Shown here piece after piece: positions 9,791-19,910 of a DNA stretch of 58,288 nucleotides. The position numbers and the translations under genes are program-made. Under the pieces are notes generated by a model, which did not search any database, was not told the DNA's origin, and saw only the letters and a program-made list of their open reading frames with translations. How positions within the stretch are numbered: the first letter of the stretch is position 1; each line of letters begins with the position of its first letter. The stretch lies in the NCBI GenBank assembly GCA_038523235.1, contig JBCBJQ010000027.1, positions 1-58,288 on the forward strand. Reading direction: 5' to 3'. This DNA is from Cyanobacteria bacterium J06626_4. Its GTDB lineage: Bacteria; Cyanobacteriota; Cyanobacteriia; Phormidesmidales; Phormidesmidaceae.

Positions 9791-11422
9791 ATGTCCCTCC
9801 AAAAATCGTGGCTGGACAGTTTGCGGCCTCGGAGTCGGCCCGTGTTTTTCAATTGGTCACGACGGCTTAATGGGGTCAAATATCTTTGTGCGATCGCCTT
9901 ACTCGCCTTAGGGTATCGCCTGCTAATCATCCTGATCTTTAAATTTCCCCTCCCTGATGATCTCCGGGTTTATCCCGTTTGGCCGCCGGCTGCCTATAGC
10001 CAAATCATTTTGCTGTTGATGGGGCTTAAGTTTTGGCCCGCCGTCGCACTCGGCTCTTTGCTCAACAGCTTGATGTCAGACCAGCAAAACTGGCTGATGA
10101 ACGGCTTATCTGCCGCCAACAATACTCTGCAGGCGCTGTTGGGGGCTTGGCTGCTGCTGCGCAGTAATTTTTCGCCTCGACTCAATCATCTCCGCGATGT
10201 GGGTCTTTTAGTGGTGTTTGGTGGCATGGTGCCAGCGGCCTTGAGTGCTAGCCTCGGCGTGCTGATCTGCTGCCTGCAAGACGCGGCCAATACTAAAGTG
10301 CTCACCACCATGTGGTTTGACTGGTGGATTGGCAATTTCAGCGGCGTGTTGATTCTCTTTCCGGCGCTCCTAACGTTGCCCGAGTGGCCCAAACAGTTTC
10401 GAACCCTCGATCGCAAGTTTCTGGGCATTGTGTGGCTCGTGGGTCTATCGGGGCTGAGCTGGTTTGTGTTCGCCTCGTCTCTACGCGAAACAGTGGCTCC
10501 CTTTCCGCTGGAATATCTGCCCTTCCCTTTTATTGCTTGGGGCGCCCTCCGGCTCGGTGCACCGGGGGCGGCGGCGGCCATTATCTTGACGACGGGCTTT
10601 GCCGGTTGGGGATTTATTCGCAGCGCCGGCCCGTTCTTTTTGTTTTCGCCCGAGCCGGAGCAGGCAATTTTGGCGCTGCAGTCCTACATCTGTGTGCTGG
10701 TGATTACGGCGTTGGCCCTTGCCGCTACGATGGCCGAGCGCGAAGAAGCGCGGCAAGAGCTAGAGAGCGAGAAAGAGAAATCTGAACAACTGCTGCTCAA
10801 CATTTTGCCACTGCCGATCGCCACACGCCTCAAACGCCAAGAGGGCACGATCGCCGATCATTTTGCCGAAGCCACCGTTTTGTTTGCCGACATCGTCAAC
10901 TTTACTCGCCTGTCTTCTGAGCTATCCCCCCAGGAGCTAGTGGTGATGCTAAACGAAATTTTCTCCACCTTTGATGGCCTCGCCGAAAAGCATGGCCTCG
11001 AAAAGATCAAAACGATTGGGGATTCCTACATGGTGGTAGGCGGTCTGCCCGAGCATCGCCGCGACCATGCCGAGGCGATCGCCAATATGGCCCTCGATAT
11101 GCAGCAGGCGATCGCCAACTTTAGCCAAAAGCATCAGCGATCTTTCACCATGCGCATTGGCATCAACACCGGCCCCGTGATTGCGGGCGTGATCGGCCAG
11201 AAGAAGTTTATTTACGACCTCTGGGGTGACACCGTCAACATTGCCAGCCGCATGGAATCAACCGGCATTGCGGGCGAGATTCAGGTTACGCAAAGCACCT
11301 ACGAAGTGCTGCAAGCCTACTACAGCTTTGACTGCCGGGGCGAAATTGCCGTCAAGGGCAAAGGCATGATGATCACCTATTTAATGGGCGATCGCACCCC
11401 CGCCAGCGTGCCGACCGCATAG
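9791..11422 (+). CDS. MASE1-domain class III adenylate/guanylate cyclase
   Basis: Multi-TM N-terminus (VWPPAA, WWIGN, PFPFIAWGALR); LLLNILP, VLFADIVNFT, EKIKTIGDSYM, YDLWGDTVNIASRMES. Confidence 0.93.
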   Translation: MSLQKSWLDSLRPRSRPVFFNWSRRLNGVKYLCAIALLALGYRLLIILIFKFPLPDDLRVYPVWPPAAYSQIILLLMGLKFWPAVALGSLLNSLMSDQQNWLMNGLSAANNTLQALLGAWLLLRSNFSPRLNHLRDVGLLVVFGGMVPAALSASLGVLICCLQDAANTKVLTTMWFDWWIGNFSGVLILFPALLTLPEWPKQFRTLDRKFLGIVWLVGLSGLSWFVFASSLRETVAPFPLEYLPFPFIAWGALRLGAPGAAAAIILTTGFAGWGFIRSAGPFFLFSPEPEQAILALQSYICVLVITALALAATMAEREEARQELESEKEKSEQLLLNILPLPIATRLKRQEGTIADHFAEATVLFADIVNFTRLSSELSPQELVVMLNEIFSTFDGLAEKHGLEKIKTIGDSYMVVGGLPEHRRDHAEAIANMALDMQQAIANFSQKHQRSFTMRIGINTGPVIAGVIGQKKFIYDLWGDTVNIASRMESTGIAGEIQVTQSTYEVLQAYYSFDCRGEIAVKGKGMMITYLMGDRTPASVPTA

Positions 11423-11449
11423 TATGCTCAAATGTGCTGATGCCCCGGA

Positions 11450-12034
11450 GTGCCTGCTGTGGCCCTATCCCATGCCATTCTTGTTGCCCTGTTAGAGTCT
11501 CCCAGCAGCGGCTACGACCTGGCCAAACGGTTTGACGGCTCAGTCGGCTTCTTTTGGGATGCTAGCCACCAGCAGATTTATCGCGAGTTGGCCAAGCTCG
11601 AACAGGCACATCACATCACCGTTGAAACCATCGAGCAAGCGGGCCGCCCCAACAAAAAAAATTACTTTATCACCGAACGCGGCAAAGCCTTTCTCACTGA
11701 TTGGATGGCGGTGTCCAGCAGCCTCAGCCCCCTCAAAGATGATCTGCTGGTCAAACTGTTTGGTGGCTACCTGGTCAACCCAGACGTCATCTTGAAAGAA
11801 TTGCGCCACCACCGCAAACTGCACCAAACTCGACTAGTGGAATATCAGGCGATCGAAGAGCGCTTCTTTCCTGATGTGGAGACGTTATCGCCAACCGCCA
11901 TCTATCAATATCTCACCCTGCGTAACGGCATTCAATTTGAACAAGGCTGGCTCAAATGGTGCGACGAGGCGATTTCCACTTTGCAGACGCTGCCGAGTCT
12001 CGCGATCGTCGATGATCTCCCCCCATCTCGTTGA
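11450..12034 (+). CDS. PadR family transcriptional regulator
   Basis: SGYDLAKRF...FFWDASHQQIYREL...GRPNKKNYFITERG, with C-terminal TLRNGIQFEQGWLKWCDE. Confidence 0.92.
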   Translation: MPAVALSHAILVALLESPSSGYDLAKRFDGSVGFFWDASHQQIYRELAKLEQAHHITVETIEQAGRPNKKNYFITERGKAFLTDWMAVSSSLSPLKDDLLVKLFGGYLVNPDVILKELRHHRKLHQTRLVEYQAIEERFFPDVETLSPTAIYQYLTLRNGIQFEQGWLKWCDEAISTLQTLPSLAIVDDLPPSR

Positions 12035-12142
12035 GGCGGGTGGGCGATCGCCCGGCGCTAGGCTCGAACTCCTGAGGCCATCTGGGCAAGGCGACGGAGC
12101 GGCGAGGCTAGAGTTGTCGTCTGGTCTCAAAGCACCAATATG

Positions 12143-12265
12143 GCTAATACCAGTTCGACAAATTACAGCTACACATACAAGTCGGCTTCGACTTCGCTCA
12201 GCCGACGTTCCTTGAGCGGAGCCGAAAGGAAGATCTGTAGTCCAGTTTCAGAGAATTGGTATAAC
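12143..12265. repeat. MITE-like element with the same terminal family as 7363-7536 but different internal palindromes
   Basis: GCTAATACCAGTTC...GAGAATTGGTATAAC; interior CTTCGACTTCGCTCAG...TTGAGCGGAGCCGAA. Confidence 0.7.
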
Positions 12266-12459
12266 CGAAGTTAGGTCAGATACTCCAAATTGCTGCAGTC
12301 ATGATTGAACCAGCCTCTCAATGCCGCCTGCCGCTTTCCGAATTCCGTCTTCTGCGAGGATTGGCCTATGAGGATTTGTATGAACTCCGTAGCGGCCCAG
12401 AATTGCCTGGGTACTATGGGTGAGCCTTACGACCCCTGTTCTAAATTCGCAAACTCCCC

Positions 12460-13167
12460 ATGAAAATCATCGGCATTATTTTCCTCGCTATTGGCGTGAT
12501 TTTGTTCTTTATTCAGCGGGGGCAAAAGCAAAAACTGTTCAGTATTAAATCGGCGCGGACGATCACCGCCGCCGAACTACAGGAGACGGCGGGGGCCGTA
12601 GCAGCAGAGATCGGTGGCGGTAGCTGGCGCGACTATGTGAAACTCTGGGGCCGAGTTACGATTGAGCAGCCGCTGTACTCTGACCAAAAGGAAGCACCCT
12701 GCGTACATTTTGTGTCAAAGGTCACGCGGGAATATGAAACGAAAGATGACGAGGGCAAAGTCCAGCAAAAATCGGAGCAGGTTTCTCAAAATCGACAGTC
12801 GATCGCCTTTTGGCTGCACGATCGCACTGGCAAAATCAAGGTTAACCCTGACGGTGCCGAGATCGAAACGATCGAAATCCTGAATGAGTTTCGACCCCAG
12901 AGATCGGGCAAGACCCGAGGCTATCGCCACACCGAATCGGTGCTGCCCATCGATCTCGAAGTGTTAGTGGTTGGGGCCGTGAGCGACTTGACCGGCGACG
13001 TCATTATCGGCAAACCAGTGAAGTCTGACCATCACTACCTGATCTCTCTCAAAGATGAAGAAATGTTGACGTCGGCAACGGCTCGCAGTGCCAAAAACAT
13101 TTTCTACAGCATGATTGGCTGTTTTGCCATAGGCATAGTTTTATTGATTGGTGGGCTACTTTCTTAG
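12460..13167 (+). CDS. GIDE-domain membrane protein (bacterial 'E3 ubiquitin ligase family' annotation, no RING domain)
   Basis: N- and C-terminal TM helices; YVKLWG...PCVHF...FWLHDRTGKIKVNPDGAEI...GYRHTESVLP. Confidence 0.7.
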   Translation: MKIIGIIFLAIGVILFFIQRGQKQKLFSIKSARTITAAELQETAGAVAAEIGGGSWRDYVKLWGRVTIEQPLYSDQKEAPCVHFVSKVTREYETKDDEGKVQQKSEQVSQNRQSIAFWLHDRTGKIKVNPDGAEIETIEILNEFRPQRSGKTRGYRHTESVLPIDLEVLVVGAVSDLTGDVIIGKPVKSDHHYLISLKDEEMLTSATARSAKNIFYSMIGCFAIGIVLLIGGLLS

Positions 13168-13726
13168 TCTGTGGCTGGCCTTGGTCAGCGTTTGAGAAGG
13201 CAAAAAATAGCGGTCTTAAGGCCGGTTTGCCAGATGCGCGACTCGCGTCAAGGTCTCGGCAGTTAACTCTCAAGCAATTAATTCTGTTGGTCTGACTCAG
13301 TCTCAGTAGGGCGATCGCTGATTTGGTCAGAGTCATCCCAGTGGAATCTTTGTAAACTCAATGGGTCCCATGGCGATCTTTCTATAATTGCCCATGCATA
13401 GATTATAAGGAGACGGCAGTGCAAACAGGTAGGTTGTAAGAAGCTAGCTGAGTGCCCTCGCTCGGGTCTGTCAAAAGCAGACATTACATGGCGTGCGGCA
13501 GCTTCGTGAATTGGCCCGAGCGAGTTGAGTAGGGGCGGGTGCGGTGACGCCTCATCTCAAAGATTGGCCCCTCTCTTGAGGGCGCATTCTCATGGTCTGA
13601 GTCGGCTCGATCAGCGGCGGCTCCCTGGGGATCAAGCCCCGTTCTGTCCCTGTTGTTAGCCTGAGAGACCTGGCGTAAATTTGGTCAGCATCGTCACATC
13701 GGTTCGTTCTATTTCCAGAATTTGCC

Positions 13727-14104
13727 TTGAATCCTTCAGCTAAAGTATCGCTCAAAATTATCGATATCTTAGGGGTGGCAGTCTTTGATCTCAATTGTCT
13801 CCCGCAAGAGTATTTTGTGACTGAGGCTAATTCCTCTACCGAGTGGGTGCAGACCGCGTTTCAATCTTTGGGGTTGCGATCGCTCCTCTCCGCTTCGCTG
13901 GAACTCGAAGGATTTCAACAAATCACGATTCACTCTGAGGCCACCACGGCCATCGTCGTGCGCCGCCGTCAAGACTACTTGGCGCTCCTGTTTCAAGGGC
14001 AGGTCGCGCTTGACCGGGCCGCCGAGAGTCAACAGATGTTAAGCCTGATCCAGGCGCTGAATGTTAATAAACTGCGACAGCATCCCCACTTCACCGTGAT
14101 TTAA
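13727..14104 (+). CDS. Hypothetical protein (possibly roadblock/longin-like fold)
   Basis: 125-aa ORF, ILGVAVFDLNCLPQEYF, converging on the carotenoid oxygenase gene; start uncertain. Confidence 0.55.
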   Translation: MNPSAKVSLKIIDILGVAVFDLNCLPQEYFVTEANSSTEWVQTAFQSLGLRSLLSASLELEGFQQITIHSEATTAIVVRRRQDYLALLFQGQVALDRAAESQQMLSLIQALNVNKLRQHPHFTVI

Positions 14105-15537
14105 CCCGGTCGCCACGTGCCATGAAAGCTGTGGGGAATCACGCTCGGCAACGCCAATCGGCAGACCGGTTCGGCAGCTAGGCGATCGCTGTCATAGATC
14201 CACACTTCGCTCTGATGGGCCGCGCCGTCATAAACCACGGATAAGACCCAGCCGGCTGGCTTCGCCGGATCACCTTTGGGCACATAAATGGGCTCAGAGG
14301 GGTACCGCTCTGTCCCGGCTTCGGCGATCGTGAGCTTGGCCGTATCGGGCTCAAACCGGGCGATCGCGCGAAACAGCTCGCCGGTATTGTCGGATCCCGG
14401 CGTCTGCAGTGACAGGTAAGTGGGGGCCGTCACCACGGGCTGATCGGTGGGCACCTGAGGAAACTCGCAATAGTCTTCGACCAGACAGGTTTGGGCACGC
14501 ACCACCGCTGTTTGCGGATCGACACAGACGCGCCATAGCTGCCCCAATGCTGGGGTTTTAAACTGCCCGGAAGCGATCTCTTTCAGCTGTTGATTGGTCG
14601 CAAAATCTTCGTAGCGCACCACCTCTAAGACGATGTCACCGTCGTTATTGACAAAGCCTTTGCCAAAATGCCACTGATACCACGGGTCAACGGCCTCAGA
14701 GCTAATCACCTCCAGGGTATCGGCATCGACAACGACCAGCTGAGTGCCGTGTTTGGGCTGCCACATGAGGGCATCGCTAAAGCTTTGAAAGCCCAAAACC
14801 GCTGGTAGCGGATTGAGGCGTACCGGCGGCACGCAAAATACCAGGTAGCGATCGGCCAGCACAAAGTCATGAATCAGCGGAATGCCGTTGAGAGGCACCG
14901 ACTCCTTTTTCTCAATGTGGCCGGTGGCGTCGCTGCGATAGAGGTTGAGGGTCGCATTGGCCCCAGGCATGATGCCAAAGTTGAAAATGTGCCCGGTCTG
15001 CGGATGGCGTTTGGGATGAGCCGAGTAGGGTTCGTCGGCAGTCAGATCGCCTAATGAATGGACGCCCTGGGTCTCCAGCGTTTCCGGATCAAGGTGATGG
15101 GGCCAGCCGCCTTCCCACAGGGCCAACAGCTTGTCGGGCAGGGCTAACACCGAGGTGTTACCGGCATTTTTGAGCTGGGCCTGCCACCGTTGCCAAAAGG
15201 GGCCGGGGGCCAAGCTGCCATAGCCACTGTAGAGAAACTGATCGGCGGCTTCTTCTTCGACATAGCCAGCGGAATGAACGTAGCGATAAACGGCTTGGGC
15301 CTGACCATCGGCAAAATGTACGGCCAACACTGCCCCATCACCATCAAACCAGTGGCTCACCCGCTGGCCCTGTCGCTCTAACCGACCGGGGCCATTGCGA
15401 TACAGACTCCCTTGCAAATCGGCGGGCACTGCGCCCGCGAGTACCGACAGTGGCGTCAGGGTGAACTCTGGGGCGGGCTGGGCGATCGCGCCCGCCCAGG
15501 CTTTGGTTGATGAGGCAGCAGTCGTAATCGCGGTCAT
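14101..15537 (-). CDS. Carotenoid oxygenase (RPE65/CCD family)
   Basis: GSLYRNGPG, HWFDGDG, LALWEGG, YSAHPK, IHDF, QWHF, EFPQ, SEP, PHSFHG (four Fe-binding His). Start set at MTAITT (15537). Confidence 0.93.
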   Translation of the reverse strand: MTAITTAASSTKAWAGAIAQPAPEFTLTPLSVLAGAVPADLQGSLYRNGPGRLERQGQRVSHWFDGDGAVLAVHFADGQAQAVYRYVHSAGYVEEEAADQFLYSGYGSLAPGPFWQRWQAQLKNAGNTSVLALPDKLLALWEGGWPHHLDPETLETQGVHSLGDLTADEPYSAHPKRHPQTGHIFNFGIMPGANATLNLYRSDATGHIEKKESVPLNGIPLIHDFVLADRYLVFCVPPVRLNPLPAVLGFQSFSDALMWQPKHGTQLVVVDADTLEVISSEAVDPWYQWHFGKGFVNNDGDIVLEVVRYEDFATNQQLKEIASGQFKTPALGQLWRVCVDPQTAVVRAQTCLVEDYCEFPQVPTDQPVVTAPTYLSLQTPGSDNTGELFRAIARFEPDTAKLTIAEAGTERYPSEPIYVPKGDPAKPAGWVLSVVYDGAAHQSEVWIYDSDRLAAEPVCRLALPSVIPHSFHGTWRPG

Positions 15538-15621
15538 AGTGGGGGCTGTGAATAATCTGACTTTCCCTATTGTGCAAGAGATCGCGATCGGGTGCTGGGC
15601 TGGGTCAATCAGTCGGGCTAA

Positions 15622-15717
15622 GCCCCACCCCGCCTTGCAGGTACCCCTCCCAAGCGGGGATGTTTCGGGTGGATACAAAATATTTTCCCCGCCTGAGAGA
15701 AGGTGAAGGGGTGGATT
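15622..15717 (-). repeat. Solo copy of the DUF559-associated palindromic repeat, in inverted orientation
   Basis: Reverse complement resembles 19807-19910: ...TCCCCGCTTGGGAGGGGTACCTGCAAGGCGGGGTGGG. Confidence 0.75.
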
Positions 15718-15734
15718 CTTGCCCTTAATGGGCA

Positions 15735-18700
15735 TTAGCCGATCGCCGGGTATGGGCTAAAGGTGACATCAACAGACGTATTGAACGATCGCACAATCGA
15801 CACAATATTATCGGCCTCGTCATCGCTGAAGATGCCGTCCAGGCCTTCAGGATGGGTATCGGTGAAGGGGGACTCATAGAGCATTCCGGGGTCCATGATG
15901 CCGTTTTGGGTAAGGTAGTCGATGATGGTCTCGACAAAGCGGATTTGGTTGGCGGATAGGGTAGTGCCTTCCAGGTAGCGGGCAAAGGCTTGCTTGGCGG
16001 CGGTGCGATCGCACCCCACAATTTCCCGAATCAGGCGCTTCAGGCTTTTGGTTTTGCCAAAGACTTCTTCGAAGCGATCGCGGCTTTCAATCTCTTCGGC
16101 AGAAAACAACATCTCTTCCAGAGCGGTCAGGTCGGCCTCGGTGAGCGGCACGTTGCGCTTGAGTTTGGCAATGGTGATGTGGTCCTCATGGGCACGGATG
16201 TAGGCTTCTACCTTTTTGCGGTACTGGTAGGGACTGAAACCGGTCTGGTAGGTGGGAACGGTGGCTTCCCGAACTACGCCCATTTCGTCGGCAAAATCGG
16301 TGTAAACGATGCGCCGTTCGGCTCGATCGATGAATTTGACCAGCTCGCCAATGCGCACCCGAATCTCCTCGGCCATCGGTAGGGTGACATCGCTCCACCA
16401 GGCTTCTTCCTGGGCTGCCTGGATGAACGCCAGTTGCTCCTTGACCATAGGAATCTCGGGCTTGGTCTCTAGCTGGCTGAGGGTGTCTCGCACCCGATCG
16501 CGCAGCCGCTCATAGCTGCTTGAGGCTTTTAGAATGGCGAGCTGCAGTTTCAGACATAGCAGGTCGAATTCTTTGGCTAAGGGATCTTCGTTGGGGAGGC
16601 CGTTCGGCAGGCTGGCCAGGGCACTGGCGATGGTGGCTACGTCATCTTCGCTGAGGGTGTTCCAGCGATCGCGATCGCTAAAAGTTTCGACCTGCTGCAG
16701 GCGACGGCGCACCACAAAGTTCTCACGGGGCATGGTCTCTACATGGCGGTGCAGATCATCTAGCAAGGTGGAGCGCAGTGCTGCATCATCTGGGGTTGCC
16801 TGCTCCCGCTGGCGCATGAGTTCGGCCAGTTCCAGGCGGTGCTTCACGAGGCGGGTGGTGAGGGTTTCGGGGAGTGCTTGCTCGGTCTCTTCGATGTCTT
16901 GGTTGAAGTATTCAAAGTTGCCGCAGAGGTCGAACACCAGAAATTCTGTCTTGTCTTGCTCTGAACCAAACAGTTCTGGACAGAGACGAGTGCCGCGTCC
17001 GATCATCTGGTTAAACTTCACCCGCGAGAACACCGGTTTGAAAAACATCAGATTCACCACTTCTGGCACGTCCACGCCGGTATCCAGCATGTCGACCGAG
17101 ATGGCAATGATCGGCTCTTTGTGAGGTTCGCTGAAGTCATCTAGCAGGCTTTGGGCGTAGCCGTCTTTGCTGTCGATGATTTTGGCGAAGTGTCCTTTGT
17201 AATGGGGATAGTTGAGATTGAAGCGCTCCTGAATAAACTTGGCGTGCTCATGGTTGCGGGCAAAGATGATAGTTTTGCCCAGGCGATCGCCACTATCCAC
17301 TTTCAGGCCCCGATTCATCAATAGTTCCAGCGCCTGATCGACGGTGTTGAGGTTGAACAGCCATTGGTTCAGCGCTGCCGCATTGATTTCCGTCGGCAGT
17401 TCGCCGGTTTCCTCATCACGGAATTTCTCTTCATATTCCAGCTGTTCTTCGGGGGTGAGGTCGCTGTATTTGACGCCGGTACGCAGAAATTTGAAGGGGA
17501 CTTCAACCCCTTTCGGCGGTACCAGATGGCCATCTTTTACGGCATCATCCAGCTCATAGGCAAAGGTGGGGACGCCCTGCTGTAGGTCAAAAATCCGGTA
17601 GGTGTCGCGATCCACTTCCGATCTCGGAGTGGCAGTCAGCCCCACCAGCAGGGCATCGAAGTAGTCAAAAATCTCCCCGTATTTTTTGTAAATGGAGCGG
17701 TGGGCTTCATCCACAATCACCAGGTCAAAATGCCCGATGCCCAACAGCCGTTCTTCATCGTCCAGGCGGTTGATGGCGTTGAGCATGGTCTTGTAAGTGG
17801 AGAGGATGACGTTTGCCCCTTCTACGGCTTTGGTACGGGTCAGGTCTATGGGGGTGACGGTGGGCAAGTGACTCTGAAAGGCGCGATAAGCTTGAGTGAG
17901 CAGGGCGTTGCGATCAGCGAGAAACAGCACCCGCTGCACCCAGTTAGAACGCTTCAGCAAATCGACTAGGGCGATCGCCGTGCGGGTCTTGCCGGTACCG
18001 GTGGCCATCACCAGCAGCGATTTGCGAGTCAGCTGGTCTTCAAAGGTTTCGGTAATGCGGCGAATGGCTTCTTTTTGATAAGGACGGTTTTTGCCCGCGA
18101 TCGCCTCGTTAATCGGCGTGGCGCTCAGCCGCTTGCGATGGCGGCGGCGAAAGATCAACCGCTCCAGTTCGGCTTGCTTCAAAAATCCCAGGACAGCACG
18201 GGGCGGATAGTTCAGGTCATCCCACAGCCAGATTTCATAGCCATTGCTATAGAAGATCACGGGACGCTGGCCATAGCGTTGCTCCAGGCAATCGGCATAG
18301 AGCTTGGCCTGATGTTGCCCCAACTCAGGACTTTTGTGGGTGCGTTTGGCTTCCACCAGCGCCAGCGGCTTGCCATCATCGCCCCACAGCACATAGTCCA
18401 CAAAGCCCCGTCCGGTATCTCCCGCCTTTTGAATGGGCATGCCCTGGACTTCGACTTCTGTGGCATGCGGCGCACTGGCATCCCACCCGGCTTCCTGCAG
18501 GAGCACATCAATCAACAGGCGGCGGGTGTCGGCTTCGTTATAGTCGTGGGGGTCAGCCGCAGCGGCATTGGCTTGCAGCAGGGCCTCAAGTTCGGCCTGA
18601 GCCGCTGTCAATTCCGCTTCAGTTTGCTGGCGGCGTTCTTCGGTAATGCGCCGCAGGGCATCGCTTTCTGTTAGCTGCTCTGCTAGAACTTGCAACTGTT

Positions 18701-19163
18701 GTTGGGTCAGTGCCTGCTCTTCAGGTTGGACGGGGCGAGGCACCTGGGCGCGATCAAAGACGCGATCGGGCAGGGCTTGCCCCTGACGGCGATAGGTACG
18801 GCAGAGCCAATACAGGATATGAAACAGCTCTTGCACCAGGCGCAAGGCATCGTCTTCCTGCACGTCGCGGGACTGGTGAACCGCTTTGTTTCCCTGTTTT
18901 TGAATGAGGCGGATTTTGGGGAATAGGCCGGGTTTGAGGCTGCGCTGGAAGCTGGGTTCATGGATCATTGCCCCCAGGCTGTTCTCAAAGGGCAGGCGCA
19001 GGTTGGGATTGTTTTCGTAAAGCCACAGGACGGTTTGCTCTAGGGCAAAACGGGTGTAGAAACAGCAGGCGCGGGGATTGACATAGATCAGCCCTTCGGC
19101 CTGGGTTGCATGGGCATACAGGTCGGGAAAGGCGGAGCGCAAAAAATCAAAGTTGGAAGGCAT
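15735..19163 (-). CDS. hsdR: Type I restriction enzyme R subunit (EcoAI/EcoEI-like)
   Basis: DYVLWG...LVEAKR nuclease motif, MATGTGKT Walker A, DEAH, LTATP, QMIGRGTR, C-terminal LYESPFT. Confidence 0.96.
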   Translation of the reverse strand: MPSNFDFLRSAFPDLYAHATQAEGLIYVNPRACCFYTRFALEQTVLWLYENNPNLRLPFENSLGAMIHEPSFQRSLKPGLFPKIRLIQKQGNKAVHQSRDVQEDDALRLVQELFHILYWLCRTYRRQGQALPDRVFDRAQVPRPVQPEEQALTQQQLQVLAEQLTESDALRRITEERRQQTEAELTAAQAELEALLQANAAAADPHDYNEADTRRLLIDVLLQEAGWDASAPHATEVEVQGMPIQKAGDTGRGFVDYVLWGDDGKPLALVEAKRTHKSPELGQHQAKLYADCLEQRYGQRPVIFYSNGYEIWLWDDLNYPPRAVLGFLKQAELERLIFRRRHRKRLSATPINEAIAGKNRPYQKEAIRRITETFEDQLTRKSLLVMATGTGKTRTAIALVDLLKRSNWVQRVLFLADRNALLTQAYRAFQSHLPTVTPIDLTRTKAVEGANVILSTYKTMLNAINRLDDEERLLGIGHFDLVIVDEAHRSIYKKYGEIFDYFDALLVGLTATPRSEVDRDTYRIFDLQQGVPTFAYELDDAVKDGHLVPPKGVEVPFKFLRTGVKYSDLTPEEQLEYEEKFRDEETGELPTEINAAALNQWLFNLNTVDQALELLMNRGLKVDSGDRLGKTIIFARNHEHAKFIQERFNLNYPHYKGHFAKIIDSKDGYAQSLLDDFSEPHKEPIIAISVDMLDTGVDVPEVVNLMFFKPVFSRVKFNQMIGRGTRLCPELFGSEQDKTEFLVFDLCGNFEYFNQDIEETEQALPETLTTRLVKHRLELAELMRQREQATPDDAALRSTLLDDLHRHVETMPRENFVVRRRLQQVETFSDRDRWNTLSEDDVATIASALASLPNGLPNEDPLAKEFDLLCLKLQLAILKASSSYERLRDRVRDTLSQLETKPEIPMVKEQLAFIQAAQEEAWWSDVTLPMAEEIRVRIGELVKFIDRAERRIVYTDFADEMGVVREATVPTYQTGFSPYQYRKKVEAYIRAHEDHITIAKLKRNVPLTEADLTALEEMLFSAEEIESRDRFEEVFGKTKSLKRLIREIVGCDRTAAKQAFARYLEGTTLSANQIRFVETIIDYLTQNGIMDPGMLYESPFTDTHPEGLDGIFSDDEADNIVSIVRSFNTSVDVTFSPYPAIG

Positions 19164-19285
19164 GGGGGTACTGCCGTTGAGCGCACTTTAATTCAGTTTT
19201 CCCCATGAAGCAGCGTAATCCGCTGTGATTTGGGTCAATGTTGCGCGCTGGTAATCAATGGTCCCTGAGCCTCTCCTGGAGAAGC

Positions 19286-19387
19286 ACCCACCCCTACGCC
19301 CCTCCAGGGAGGGGATTGTGTTGTCTTCACCCGAAAAGTGAAAGCACTTCCCCTCCTGGGAGGGGTGCCCGCAGGGCGGGGTGGGTT
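19286..19387 (+). repeat. About 100-bp palindromic repeat, left flank of DUF559
   Basis: ACCCACCCCT..CCCCTCCAGGGAGGGG...TTCCCCTCCTGGGAGGGGTGCCCGCAGGGCGGGGTGGG. Confidence 0.85.
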
Positions 19388-19764
19388 CACTGTGGCGGAG
19401 GTGCCAAAATCCAGGCCGTGATCGCCCCCACTACCCCGTCAATATTGCGGTGCACATCGGCTTCTCGAAAGCGTAGAAATTTAACTCCCAATGCCTCTAA
19501 ACAGGCTTGTCGTTCTCGATCTTTAGCCTGAGCTGTCTTGCTGTCGTGGGAGGAGCCGTCGATTTCTATGGCGAGCATGAGTTGCTTGCAGTAAAAATCG
19601 ACGATGAATTGATCGATGGGGCGCTGGCGATCGAAGTCGTAGCCCAGGAGTTGTTTGCGTTTGAGGTGCTGCCAAAGTTTGATTTCGCCGGAGGTCATGT
19701 TGTGGCGAAGCTGGCGGGCGCGTTCTTTGAGGACGGGGTTGTAGGAGAGGATGGGGTAGCGCAT
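19387..19764 (-). CDS. DUF559 / Vsr-like endonuclease
   Basis: LKERARQLRHNMT..E..LWQHL...FDRQRPIDQFIVDFYC...LAIEIDGSSH...DRERQ..LEALGVKFLRF; ATG at 19764. Confidence 0.92.
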   Translation of the reverse strand: MRYPILSYNPVLKERARQLRHNMTSGEIKLWQHLKRKQLLGYDFDRQRPIDQFIVDFYCKQLMLAIEIDGSSHDSKTAQAKDRERQACLEALGVKFLRFREADVHRNIDGVVGAITAWILAPPPQ

Positions 19765-19806
19765 GGCTGTGGGCGATCGAGTGTATATGTAGAGTGCCCG
19801 GTCGGG

Positions 19807-19910
19807 ACCCACCCCTTCAGTGCCTCCCAGGAGGGGATTACGATGTCTTCTCCGAGATACACAAGGACTTTCCCCTCTTGGGAGGGGTGCCCGCAGGGCG
19901 GGGTGGGCTC
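19807..19910 (+). repeat. About 100-bp palindromic repeat, right flank of DUF559 (direct repeat of 19286-19387)
   Basis: 19870-19907 matches 19348-19385 at 37/38 positions. Confidence 0.85.

Noticed and set aside
15538..15735. Carotenoid oxygenase extension that would couple it to hsdR
   Set aside because: The extra codons translate a palindromic repeat; family similarity begins after 15537.
19188..19260. Possible third hsdS-end copy (CAGTTTTCCCCATGAAGCAGCGT) upstream of hsdR
   Set aside because: The alignment needs gaps and several mismatches over about 25 bp, too weak to assert. It could instead be the tail of a lost ORF.
19286..19910. CRISPR-like array
   Set aside because: There are only two long repeats around a gene, with no regular repeat-spacer periodicity and no cas genes in the window.
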